DNA from: an uncultured Clostridia bacterium
Lineage (GTDB): Bacteria > Bacillota > Clostridia > Oscillospirales > Oscillospiraceae
Direction of reading: 5' to 3'
Length of the DNA: 36,171 bases
Assembly (NCBI GenBank): GCA_937915065.1
Contig: CALDMR010000123.1
Span: 1 to 36,171 of the forward strand
The notes beneath the pieces are model-generated. The model was given only the letters and a program-made list of their open reading frames with translations, was not told the origin of the DNA and ran no database searches. Shown piece after piece: positions 8,992 through 19,075 of this stretch (positions are counted from its first letter, which is position 1; the number at the start of each line of letters is the position of its first letter). The position numbers and the translations under genes are program-made.

Positions 8992-9041
8992 ACGGAGACG
9001 CAGGCAAAGAACGAAATGCTTTATAGATAAAGGAGGTTCTC

Positions 9042-9314
9042 GTGGCGTATTGGTTGATTTTTATTGTGGGTATTCTGCTGTATCTTGAGATTTTCGGGCT
9101 GAAGCAGAAGCTCAAGGCACAGCAGCGGCAGATTAATGAACTGTGCGGTGCTGTGGGTTGTCCATCTGTAGCATCGGATTACTTTTCGGAAGAAGAAAAG
9201 GAAATGCTTCGTGCGCTGAAAGGTGCAGGACAGACGGTGGAGGCAGTCAAAAGAATCCGCGAACGAACCGGTATGGAATTGGTGGAAGCTAAACAATATA
9301 TGGACACTCTTTGA
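9042..9314 (+). CDS. Membrane-anchored protein with ribosomal L7/L12 C-terminal-like motif
   Basis: SD AAGGAGG, GTG start; N-terminal TM, short coiled coil, VEAVKRIRERTGMELVEAKQYMD resembles the L7/L12 CTD motif (IKxxRxxTGLxLKEAKxxVE). Confidence 0.75.
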   Translation: MAYWLIFIVGILLYLEIFGLKQKLKAQQRQINELCGAVGCPSVASDYFSEEEKEMLRALKGAGQTVEAVKRIRERTGMELVEAKQYMDTL

Positions 9315-9341
9315 ATGATCGTTCGATGAGGGCAGGAAAAA

Positions 9342-9372
9342 GCTCCGCTTGCTTCAGGCGGAGCCCCTTTTT
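9342..9372 (+). terminator. Intrinsic terminator
   Basis: GCTCCGCTT...AGGCGGAGC followed by CCCTTTTT. Confidence 0.65.
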
Positions 9373-9426
9373 GCGCCGGGCGCTGGGGGGAAGACGGAGC
9401 AGAAACGGCATGGGAAATATTGCACC

Positions 9427-9455
9427 TTGCAAAATGGATCAGAATCTGCTAAAAT
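9427..9455 (+). promoter_or_regulatory. sigmaA promoter
   Basis: TTGCAA, 17 bp spacer, TAAAAT with extended -10 TG. Confidence 0.65.
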
Positions 9456-9528
9456 ACCACTGTTATACTTAAAATTATGACTGGAAGTATGCACAGCATG
9501 CAGCTTCTGTTGGGGGTAAAATAGTAAA

Positions 9529-10347
9529 ATGGCAAAAAAACAGAGCCTTGAAAAGAAAAAGATGATCAGAGCACAGAGTCAGCAGAGAAAGATGGATCGC
9601 GCGAAGGAAGAAGCGGCGATTCTGAACCGCTGCCTGGGCCTGCTGGGCGTGCTGGTGGTCGCTGAGATTTATTTCCTGATTTGCTACCGCTTCTTTGTGC
9701 AGGGCACCATGCAGACGCTGGTGACCATGTCCAATGTGATCGGCGTGGTGGGCTGGATCGGTTTGGCTGCTGCGGTGGCCGGTGTGATCCTGGCGGTGGT
9801 TCGCCGGGGCAAGGCGCGCGCCCATTGGGGCGGCTGGCTGGCGCTGTTCGGCGTGGTGATCTTTGGCGGCAGCCGCCTGATGCTGGCAATCTATCCCACG
9901 GGCACTACGGTGATGTGCGTGGCAGTGCCTCTGCTGGCGCTGGCCGGGTTTGTATACTATCTCTACCAGAAAGAGTTTTTCTGTGCAGGCCTGGGCCTGG
10001 GGATTGCAGTGGCTGGCCTGTGGTTTGCCCGCCGTGCCGCGGGCAGTGCGTCCTGGGGCGGTACCCGGGCGCTGATCGTGGAGATCGTGCTGCTGGTATT
10101 GGTGCTGGCGCTGCTGGCTTTTGCTGTGGCTGTGGGCCGTAATGGCGGCAAGTGGGGCAAGGGCGAAAAGGAAAAAATGATTTTTTCCGGCGCTACGAAT
10201 TATAATGTGATGTATGCCACGCTGGGGTTGGCGGCGGTTGCCATTCTGGTGGCGGCCTTTGCCCCCGCTGCGGCGCTGTATCTGATGTGGGCCGGCATTG
10301 CGCTGCTGTTTGTGCTGGCAGTATACTACACGATTCATCTGATGTAA
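9529..10347 (+). CDS. Hypothetical polytopic membrane protein (about 8 TM)
   Basis: Basic N-terminus followed by many hydrophobic helices; host-like codon usage; own promoter and terminator. Confidence 0.75.
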   Translation: MAKKQSLEKKKMIRAQSQQRKMDRAKEEAAILNRCLGLLGVLVVAEIYFLICYRFFVQGTMQTLVTMSNVIGVVGWIGLAAAVAGVILAVVRRGKARAHWGGWLALFGVVIFGGSRLMLAIYPTGTTVMCVAVPLLALAGFVYYLYQKEFFCAGLGLGIAVAGLWFARRAAGSASWGGTRALIVEIVLLVLVLALLAFAVAVGRNGGKWGKGEKEKMIFSGATNYNVMYATLGLAAVAILVAAFAPAAALYLMWAGIALLFVLAVYYTIHLM

Positions 10348-10374
10348 CTTGCGGATTAACAGAAAAAAGAAACG

Positions 10375-10416
10375 GAGCGGGGAAGCGGTCGGTATATCGC
10401 TTCCCCGTTTGCTTTT
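10375..10416 (+). terminator. Intrinsic terminator
   Basis: GAGCGGGGAAGCGGT...ATCGCTTCCCCGTTT followed by GCTTTT. Confidence 0.65.
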
Positions 10417-10468
10417 CAAACTTGGAAAGAACTGGCAATGGCAGGATAAAATGAGGAGGACGTCATTT

Positions 10469-12667
10469 ATGAAGAACTGGAAACGGATGTTGGCGCTGAT
10501 CCTGGCGGCGGCCATGAGCGTGACGCTGCTGTGCGGCACGGCATGGGCGGATGCAGGGGAGGTCACGGTCACGCTGGATCAAAAAACGGTGTATCTGGCG
10601 GTGGGCGATTCGGTGCAGTTGAATGCAACCGTCAGCGACGGGCAGGCCGTTGACTGGACAAGCCTGACCTGGGATGTGGCGCAGGTAGATGAAACAGGTC
10701 TTGTCACCGGCCTTTCCGAAGGACAGGTGACCATTAAGGCCACGGCGAAAGACGGCAGCGCCTCCGCCCTTTGCACGGTGATCGTGTATATGGCGTTTCC
10801 GTCCTATTCCATGGGCGTTGGGCAGCAGGTGAAGCTGTCTGCATCGCTGCGGGGCAGCTGGACCACGGCAGATGAAAGCGTGGCCACGGTGGACAGCAGC
10901 GGCACCGTGACCGGCCAGGGATTTGGCCGCACCTATGTGACCGTGACAGACGGACGGGACAGTGAAACCTTTACCATCACTGTGGGCGGCCATGTGGGCA
11001 TCGATATTTCTTCCTGGAACAATGCCATCGACTGGGCGGCACTGCAGGAGCAGGGGATTGAATTTGTAATGATCCGGGCCGGCTATGGCTGGGAACATAC
11101 GGATAAGCGCTTTGTTGAAAATATAGAGGGGGCCATTGCCAGCGGCATGCCCATCGGTGTGTATTTTTACAGCTATGCCGAAACTGCGGAAAAGGCCATG
11201 GTGGAAGCGAACTACTGCATCAAGCTGCTGGAACCATACCGCGACAGCATTACGCTGCCGGTGGCCTATGACCTGGAGGAGTATCCCGGTATGACCGGCG
11301 CCCAGCTGACGGAGGTGGCGGAAGTGTTCTGTTCAACCCTTCAGGGAGCGGGTTACCATACCATGGTTTATGCCAACAGTCAGTTTTTGCCGAAAATGGA
11401 TATGAGCAAGCTCAGCGCCATGGGTGTGGATTACTGGTATGCATGGTATCCCGTGGTACCGGATCTGCAAACGGTGCGTACCATCAAGGGCAGCAGCGAG
11501 CAGGCCAAGATCTGGCAGTACAGCTCTTCCTGTGTGGTGCGCGGTGCGCTGGCCTCCGGAAAAACAGACATCAACGTGATGTATCGGCCGGAGGAGCTGC
11601 ATTTTACCGCGCCGGAGGTTACGGTGGAAAATCTGGGCAGCAGCGCGCAGATCCGGTGGGGCGGCAGCACCTATGCCCGATCCTATACCGTGTACCGCAA
11701 AAATGCGGACGGCGATGTGCAGACCCTGGGCACTTACGATGGCACGGTACATACCTGCACAGATACCGCCTTCCTGCCGGGAATGGGATATTTTGTCACC
11801 ATGGAGATCGGAGATCCCATCGATGGCACCTCGTATAAGAGCTATACCAGCGAAGCGGTATATCCCGAGGCGGCCCAGTTCAGCGTGAAAGTGACGGCAA
11901 CGGAAGGAGGCGCGGCCAGCGGCGGCGGTTCTTACCTGGTGGGGAAAAGCGCCACAGTGACGGCCCAGGCGGCAGAGGGCTATACCTTTGCCGGATGGTA
12001 TGATACCACCGGCAAGAAGGTGTCCTCGGAAGCGTCGTACACCTTTGCGGTGACATCCTCTGTAACGCTGCAGGCCCGCTTTACCAAGCAGGAAGCGCCT
12101 GTGACGCCCAGCGTGTTCACCGATGTGAAGGACACAGACTGGTTTGCCGGGGCGGTTTATGATGCGGTGGAACTGGGGCTGTTTGACGGCACCTCGGATA
12201 CGACTTTTACCCCGCGGGGAACGATGACCCGCGGCATGCTGGCCACAGTGCTTTACCGCCAGGCCGGCGCGCCGGAGGTGAGCAATCGCAATAAATTTGT
12301 GGATGTGTCTGCGCAGGCATGGTATGCCAAGGCGGTGACATGGTCTTATAACAACGGCGTGTTCAACGGTACGAGCGACAAGACCTTCTCGCCCGAAGCG
12401 CCTGTGACCCGCGAGCAGATTGCCACCATCCTGATGCGTTATTCCAACGCTGTGGGCATGGAAGTACCTGAGACCACCGTGGCCGATTTGAGAAGCTTTA
12501 CTGACAGCGCGGCGATTTCTGATTTTGCGCTGGAGGGGATGCGCTGGGCGGTAGCCACCCAGCTGCTGACCGGTGCAGACCGCAAGCTGATGCCGAAAAA
12601 CAGCGCCACCCGCGCTGAGTGCGCCACGATCCTGGTGCGCTGGCTGGAGAGTGCGGACGGGCAGTGA
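10469..12667 (+). CDS. Secreted GH25 muramidase with Ig-like (Big_2) domains, InlB-B-like repeat and three SLH domains
   Basis: SD GAGGAGG, ATG 10469, signal peptide ending TAWA; Big_2 motifs (VAQVDETGLVTG, VATVDSSGTVTG); GH25 GIDISSWN, IRAGYG, AYDLEE, IWQYSS; GYTFAGWY repeat; SLH motifs TRGML, TREQI, TRAEC. Confidence 0.88.
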   Translation: MKNWKRMLALILAAAMSVTLLCGTAWADAGEVTVTLDQKTVYLAVGDSVQLNATVSDGQAVDWTSLTWDVAQVDETGLVTGLSEGQVTIKATAKDGSASALCTVIVYMAFPSYSMGVGQQVKLSASLRGSWTTADESVATVDSSGTVTGQGFGRTYVTVTDGRDSETFTITVGGHVGIDISSWNNAIDWAALQEQGIEFVMIRAGYGWEHTDKRFVENIEGAIASGMPIGVYFYSYAETAEKAMVEANYCIKLLEPYRDSITLPVAYDLEEYPGMTGAQLTEVAEVFCSTLQGAGYHTMVYANSQFLPKMDMSKLSAMGVDYWYAWYPVVPDLQTVRTIKGSSEQAKIWQYSSSCVVRGALASGKTDINVMYRPEELHFTAPEVTVENLGSSAQIRWGGSTYARSYTVYRKNADGDVQTLGTYDGTVHTCTDTAFLPGMGYFVTMEIGDPIDGTSYKSYTSEAVYPEAAQFSVKVTATEGGAASGGGSYLVGKSATVTAQAAEGYTFAGWYDTTGKKVSSEASYTFAVTSSVTLQARFTKQEAPVTPSVFTDVKDTDWFAGAVYDAVELGLFDGTSDTTFTPRGTMTRGMLATVLYRQAGAPEVSNRNKFVDVSAQAWYAKAVTWSYNNGVFNGTSDKTFSPEAPVTREQIATILMRYSNAVGMEVPETTVADLRSFTDSAAISDFALEGMRWAVATQLLTGADRKLMPKNSATRAECATILVRWLESADGQ

Positions 12668-12672
12668 TCCAT

Positions 12673-12710
12673 AAAAAAACGGACCCATACCGTGGTATGG
12701 GTCCGTTTTT
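12673..12710. terminator. Bidirectional intrinsic terminator
   Basis: AAAAACGGACCCATAC-cgtg-GTATGGGTCCGTTTTT. Confidence 0.85.
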
Positions 12711-12734
12711 GACGAAACAGATGGGGTGAAGAAT

Positions 12735-12920
12735 TTATTTGTCCCAGGAAATGGCGGAAGACCAGCACTCCATAATCAGATTTTCGACGAAATTGGTATC
12801 TTCCGGGCGGGGATCCTCGTGGTATTCCACGCCGTCGATGGTTTTTACCAGCGGCAGGCCGAAGCGGATCCAGGAGCAATGGCCGCAGCCGCAGCACAGA
12901 TTGTTGTTGATTTTAATCAT
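12735..12920 (-). CDS. Small single-cluster ferredoxin-like protein (61 aa)
   Basis: SD GGAGG; IKINNNLCCGCGHC (CxxCxxC) plus distal ECWSSAISW (CPxxAI-like); own promoter. Confidence 0.75.
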   Translation of the reverse strand: MIKINNNLCCGCGHCSWIRFGLPLVKTIDGVEYHEDPRPEDTNFVENLIMECWSSAISWDK

Positions 12921-12967
12921 GAAAAAGACCTCCCGCCGGCTTTGCGCCGCATCGTTTTTGTGCCCTT

Positions 12968-12997
12968 ATTATACTGGGGAAACGGGAGAAAAGTCAA
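12968..12997 (-). promoter_or_regulatory. sigmaA promoter of the ferredoxin
   Basis: Minus strand TTGACT, 18 bp spacer, TATAAT. Confidence 0.65.
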
Positions 12998-13094
12998 GGG
13001 CGCTGTCGTGAAGCCGGTGAAGATCTGGAGCGCGGAACAGGGAAGAAAAGCCGGAAAATTGGACAAATCCGGGCAAACTGTCATAAGAAAATAC

Positions 13095-13139
13095 GACAAA
13101 AGAATATCTTTTGTCTTGTGTTAGCTGGAATTTTATTAT
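13095..13139 (+). promoter_or_regulatory. Palindromic operator overlapping the putative promoter of the activase operon
   Basis: GACAAAAGA-ata-TCTTTTGTC (13095-13115) overlaps TTGTCT, 17 bp spacer, TATTAT. Confidence 0.5.
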
Positions 13140-13227
13140 AAAATAACCTATTAGGTAAAAAAGATACTAATTTATATCATAGAGATAGATAGCAGAGACC
13201 ATACAGAGAAAATGGAAGTGATAACGC

Positions 13228-16200
13228 ATGTATCGTATCGGCATTGATATTGGATCTACTACGGTGAAAGTAGTAGTTCTGGACGAAGACAGTAAGCTGC
13301 TGTTTCGGTCCTATGAGCGGCACTTTTCCAAAGTGCGGGAAAAGACCTGCGAGATCCTGCATCGTATTGAGGGGGATTATGCGGGAAAAGATGTGCAGAT
13401 GGTCATCACCGGCTCTGCCGGCCTGGGCGTTGCCAAGGCGGGCAACCTGGATTTTGTGCAGGAGGTGTACGCCACTGCCGCCGCCGTGAATGCGCTGGAC
13501 CCCGGCACTGACGCGGTCATCGAACTGGGCGGAGAAGATGCCAAGATCATCTTTTTTGGCAACAGTCTGGAAGAGCGGATGAATGGTTCCTGCGCCGGCG
13601 GCACAGGCGCCTTTATTGACCAGATGGCAACGCTTCTGAATGTTACCGTGGACGAACTGGATGCCCTGAGTTTGAAGCACACCAAATTGTACCCCATCGC
13701 CTCCCGCTGCGGTGTGTTTGCCAAGAGCGATATTCAGCCGATTCTGAACCAGGGCGGCTTGAAAGAAGATATTGCCGCCTCGATTTTTCAGGCCGTGGTG
13801 GATCAGACCATTGCCGGACTGACCCAGGGGCGGGAGCTGACGGGTAAAATCGTGTTTCTCGGCGGCCCCCTGCATTTCTTGAAGGGCCTGCGGGAGCGGT
13901 TTGTGGAAACCTTGCAGTTAGATGGGGAGCACGCGGTGTTCCCGGAAGACGGCGACTGCTACGCGGCCATTGGTTCTGCCATGTGCGCAGCGGATTATCC
14001 CGTCATCTCCTTTGATGAAATGCTGGATCGCCTGGAAAAAGCGGTGGATACCAATCAGAGCATCAACACCCTGCCGCCCCTGTTTACCTCCCAGGAAGAG
14101 TATGCGGCCTTTGTGGAGCGGCATAATCGGAACCATCTGCCGGAGGCGGATATCCACACCTATGAGGGCAAGGCCTACCTTGGCATCGATGCCGGTTCCA
14201 CCACCACAAAAATGGTGCTGATCGCCGAGGACGGCGGCATCCTGTTCTCCTACTATGGCTCCAACGAGGGCAACCCCGTGAATATCGTGCTGGAACAGCT
14301 GCGCAAGATTTACGAACTGTGCGATCAGCGGATCAGCATTGCCGGCAGCGCCGTGACCGGATATGGCGAGGATCTGATCAAGAACGCTTTCCGCTGCGAC
14401 CTGGGATTGGTGGAAACGGTGGCGCATTTTGCGGCTGCCCAGTATTTTGATCCCAAAGTGGACTATATCATCGATATCGGCGGCCAGGACATGAAGTGTT
14501 TCAAGATCCGCAATAACGCGGTGGATTCCATCATGCTCAACGAGGCCTGCTCCTCTGGCTGCGGCAGCTTCATTGAAACCTTTGCCAAGGCTATGGGATA
14601 CAGTATTGCAGACTTTTCCAAGCTGGGCCTATTGGCGAAAGCCCCGGTAAATCTGGGCTCCCGCTGCACGGTGTTTATGAATTCTTCCGTGAAGCAGGCC
14701 CAGAAGGACGGCGCGCCGGTGGAGGATATTTCTGCGGGCCTGTCTATTTCCATTGTCAAAAATGCTGTTTACAAGGTGATTCGCGCTGCCAGTGCTGACG
14801 ATCTTGGGCAGAACATTGTGGTGCAGGGCGGCACGTTCCTTAACGATGCGGTGCTGCGCAGCTTCGAAATGGAGCTGGGGCGCCAGGTGACCCGGCCCAC
14901 CATTGCGGGATTGATGGGGGCTTTCGGCGCGGCGCTGACAGCCAAAAACCAGCGGATCGAGCTGCCGTCCCTGCTGAGCGCGGGAGATCTGGCAGACTTT
15001 ACCCATACGGCAAAACCGACCACCTGCCATCTGTGCACCAACAACTGCGCGCTGACTGTCAACAAATTCAGCGGCGGCCGCAGCTACATTTCCGGCAACC
15101 GCTGCTCCCGACCCCTGGGACGGGAAAAGGTGTCTACGCCGAACCTGTACGAGTTGAAATATAAGGCGCTGCGGCGCATGGAAGGCATTGGCCGCGGCTG
15201 CGGCACCCGGGGGCGGGTGGGAATTCCCCTGTGCTTGAATATGTATGAAAATCTGCCGTTCTGGTATCAGTTTTTCACAGCGCTGAACTTTGAGGTGGTT
15301 TTGTCCGATGAGTCGTCCCGTGCGCTGTACAATAAGGGGCAGTGCACGATCCCCTCGGACACGGTATGCTACCCGGCCAAACTGGCCCACGGGCATATCA
15401 TGAGCCTGCTGGAAAAAAATGTGGATTATATTTTCTACCCCTGTATGCCCTATAATTTCGACGAGCATATCAGCGACAACAATTACAACTGCCCCGTGGT
15501 GGCGTATTATCCGGAACTGTTGGGGGCCAATATCCCGGGGCTGAAGCAGCAGGTGAAATTTTTAACGCCCTATGTGGGCCTGCACCGGCCGAAGGATTTT
15601 AAGATCCGCAGCGCAAAGTTCTTTTGGAAAGAAATGGGGATCGATTCTGCTGAGGTCAGCTTCTCTGCGGAATTGGCCTATAAAGCGTATCATAAATGGC
15701 ATCAGAATATTGTATCCACCGGCGAACGGATGATTGCGGAAGCCCGCACCAAGGGCAACCGGATTTTGGTGCTTTGCGGCCGTCCCTACCACATCGATCC
15801 GGAGATCAGCCACGGCATTGATGAGCTGTGCGCCGAATACGGCTTTGTGATCATCAGCGAGGATGCCCTGTCTGATAAACTGAAGTGGCATAAGCGTACG
15901 GTGCTGAACCAGTGGACCTATCAGGCCCGGATGTATAACGCGGCCCGTTATGTGTGCTCCCAGCCGGATATGGAACTGATTCAGCTGGTGTCCTTTGGCT
16001 GCGGTACAGACGCCATTACCGGCGACGAGATGCGCTCCATTCTGGAAAGCCACGGCAAGCTGTATACGCAGCTGAAGATCGATGAGATCTCCAATCTGGG
16101 CGCGGTTCGTATTCGTGTGCGTTCCCTGATTGCCGCGCTGGACGAGCGTGCCGCCCACCAGCGGGCGCTGGAGGCAGAGCGGAAAAAGACGGAGCCTGCG

Positions 16201-16236
16201 CAGGAGGAACGGGAAAAAAAGGCCTGGGAACTGTGA
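13228..16236 (+). CDS. plsA: Multidomain CoA-substrate-specific activase (two BcrAD/BadFG-type ATPase domains plus reductase/DUF2229-like domain); putative plasmalogen synthase subunit A
   Basis: Two ASKHA activase modules (GIDIGSTT...CAGGTG...SRCGVF and GIDAGSTT...CSSGCG...SRCTVF), CHLCTNNC linker, TVCYPAKLAHGH, YNCP, SFGCG; the ~1000 + ~430 aa gene pair fits the Clostridium perfringens PlsA/PlsR architecture. Confidence 0.8.
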   Translation: MYRIGIDIGSTTVKVVVLDEDSKLLFRSYERHFSKVREKTCEILHRIEGDYAGKDVQMVITGSAGLGVAKAGNLDFVQEVYATAAAVNALDPGTDAVIELGGEDAKIIFFGNSLEERMNGSCAGGTGAFIDQMATLLNVTVDELDALSLKHTKLYPIASRCGVFAKSDIQPILNQGGLKEDIAASIFQAVVDQTIAGLTQGRELTGKIVFLGGPLHFLKGLRERFVETLQLDGEHAVFPEDGDCYAAIGSAMCAADYPVISFDEMLDRLEKAVDTNQSINTLPPLFTSQEEYAAFVERHNRNHLPEADIHTYEGKAYLGIDAGSTTTKMVLIAEDGGILFSYYGSNEGNPVNIVLEQLRKIYELCDQRISIAGSAVTGYGEDLIKNAFRCDLGLVETVAHFAAAQYFDPKVDYIIDIGGQDMKCFKIRNNAVDSIMLNEACSSGCGSFIETFAKAMGYSIADFSKLGLLAKAPVNLGSRCTVFMNSSVKQAQKDGAPVEDISAGLSISIVKNAVYKVIRAASADDLGQNIVVQGGTFLNDAVLRSFEMELGRQVTRPTIAGLMGAFGAALTAKNQRIELPSLLSAGDLADFTHTAKPTTCHLCTNNCALTVNKFSGGRSYISGNRCSRPLGREKVSTPNLYELKYKALRRMEGIGRGCGTRGRVGIPLCLNMYENLPFWYQFFTALNFEVVLSDESSRALYNKGQCTIPSDTVCYPAKLAHGHIMSLLEKNVDYIFYPCMPYNFDEHISDNNYNCPVVAYYPELLGANIPGLKQQVKFLTPYVGLHRPKDFKIRSAKFFWKEMGIDSAEVSFSAELAYKAYHKWHQNIVSTGERMIAEARTKGNRILVLCGRPYHIDPEISHGIDELCAEYGFVIISEDALSDKLKWHKRTVLNQWTYQARMYNAARYVCSQPDMELIQLVSFGCGTDAITGDEMRSILESHGKLYTQLKIDEISNLGAVRIRVRSLIAALDERAAHQRALEAERKKTEPAQEEREKKAWEL

Positions 16237-16265
16237 TGAGATCGGTGAAAGGAATCAGATAAGCT

Positions 16266-17576
<1,311 letters not shown>

Positions 17577-17590
17577 AAACAGAGTTTGAT

Positions 17591-17622
17591 GGGCGCGCAA
17601 TGGCTTTTGCCGTTGCGCGCTT
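17591..17622 (+). terminator. Hairpin after the plsR-like gene
   Basis: GCGCGCAATGGC-tttt-GCCGTTGCGCGC; weak U tract. Confidence 0.55.
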
Positions 17623-17689
17623 CCTATGGAGCAATGGTTTGGAAGAGGAGGAAAAGTATGGCAAGGAAAACAGTGGGAGTGTTGTGTGG

Positions 17690-19075
17690 ATGAAAGAAGA
17701 AGTTGAAACGGCCTCTGGCTTGGGCCGGGACAATATTATGGGTACGCTGCCGGTCAACCGGCTGCTGCTGACGATGGCCTGGCCCATGGTTCTTTCGATG
17801 TTTATCCAGGGCTGCTATAATATTGTAGACAGTATTTTCGTATCCTATGTGTCCCAGGATGCGTTCATTGCCCTGTCGCTGGTGTATCCGGTGCAGCTGC
17901 TGCTGATTTCCGTCAATGTGGGTATCGGCGTGGGGATCAATGCGCTGCTGTCCCGCCGCCTGGGCGAGCGGCGCTATGCGGAGGCCAATGATGTGGCGGC
18001 CCATGGATATGTGATCTATCTATCGTTTGGACTGCTGTTTGCTGTGGCGGGGCTGTTGTTTGCCTGGCCCTTTATGGAACTGTACAGCGAAAATCAGACC
18101 GTGATTGAGTACGGCACGACTTATTTGCATATTATCATGGTCTTTGCGTTCGGCGTTTGTCTCCAGTTTGCCGGCGAGCGCATGATGCAGGCCACGGGAA
18201 ACCCGATTTGGAACATGTATATTCAGGCCAGCGGCGCGATCGTCAACCTGATCCTGGATCCGATCCTGATTTTCGGCTGGTTTGGGCTGCCGGCCATGGG
18301 AATTACCGGCGCCGCCGTTGCCACGGTGATCGGCCAATGTGTCGGCTCCCTCATCGGTATTTATCTTGTAACCAAAAAGGTGAAGCAGATCCATTTGTCG
18401 CTGCGGCACTTCCGGCCGAAACTGTCGATCATCGGCCCGATCTTCCGGGTGGGTGCGCCGGCCATTGTGGTGCAGAGCTTGTCCACCTTTATGTCCCTGG
18501 GTCTGAACAAGATCTTTTCCGGTTATTCGGAAATTTATGTGGCGGTGCTGGGGGCCTACTTCAAGATCCAGAGTTTTGTCTATATGGTGGTCTTTGGCCT
18601 GGGCAATGCGGTGGTACCCATTATTTCCTTTAACTTCGGCGCCCGTTCCCGCAGGCGGGTGGACGGCACCATCCGCGCCGCCATGATCACGGCGCTGATC
18701 AGTATGTGCGCGGGAATGGTGCTGCTGTTGGCGGTGCCCGGGCTGCTGCTGGGCCTGTTCAACATGGAGCCGGCGGCGGTGACGCTGGGAATCCCGGCGC
18801 TGCGGATCGTCAGCCTGTCCTTTATGGCGGCGGGGGCCAGCCTGGTGTTTTCGTATGCCTTTCAGGCCACCAACAGCAACAGCTTCAGCCTTTTGCTGGC
18901 GCTGCTGCGGCAGATTATTGTGCTGCTGCCTCTGGCGGCGGCTCTGGCGCGCGTGAGCCCGGATCTGAGCTGGTGGGCCTTCCCGATCACCGAGTGGGGC
19001 TGCTGTGTGCTGGCGGTGATCCTGTTCCGCCATGCCCACAAAAAACGGATTGCACCGTTGGAGGAATTGCTGTGA
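17690..19075 (+). CDS. MATE family efflux transporter
   Basis: About 12 TM; YNIVDSIFV, VNLILDPILIFG, MGITGAAVATVIGQ, FNFGA motifs; ATG 17690 preferred as start. Confidence 0.92.
   Translation: MKEEVETASGLGRDNIMGTLPVNRLLLTMAWPMVLSMFIQGCYNIVDSIFVSYVSQDAFIALSLVYPVQLLLISVNVGIGVGINALLSRRLGERRYAEANDVAAHGYVIYLSFGLLFAVAGLLFAWPFMELYSENQTVIEYGTTYLHIIMVFAFGVCLQFAGERMMQATGNPIWNMYIQASGAIVNLILDPILIFGWFGLPAMGITGAAVATVIGQCVGSLIGIYLVTKKVKQIHLSLRHFRPKLSIIGPIFRVGAPAIVVQSLSTFMSLGLNKIFSGYSEIYVAVLGAYFKIQSFVYMVVFGLGNAVVPIISFNFGARSRRRVDGTIRAAMITALISMCAGMVLLLAVPGLLLGLFNMEPAAVTLGIPALRIVSLSFMAAGASLVFSYAFQATNSNSFSLLLALLRQIIVLLPLAAALARVSPDLSWWAFPITEWGCCVLAVILFRHAHKKRIAPLEELL

Noticed and set aside
9042..9314. True ribosomal protein gene rplL
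   Set aside because: It has a TM helix instead of the dimerisation domain, only a partial CTD motif, and no rplJ/rpoB context.
10469..12667. GH25 gene as a prophage endolysin
   Set aside because: It has a Sec signal peptide and SLH anchors; no holin, structural or integrase genes nearby.
18706..19071. N-terminal extensions in the ORF track (asparaginase from 18706, SbcD-like from 4280, GH25 from 10349, MATE from 17600, ddl from 31241, apbE from 8643, orphan from 20610)
   Set aside because: They overlap upstream genes, terminators or promoters; downstream starts fit SD position and/or family N-termini better.
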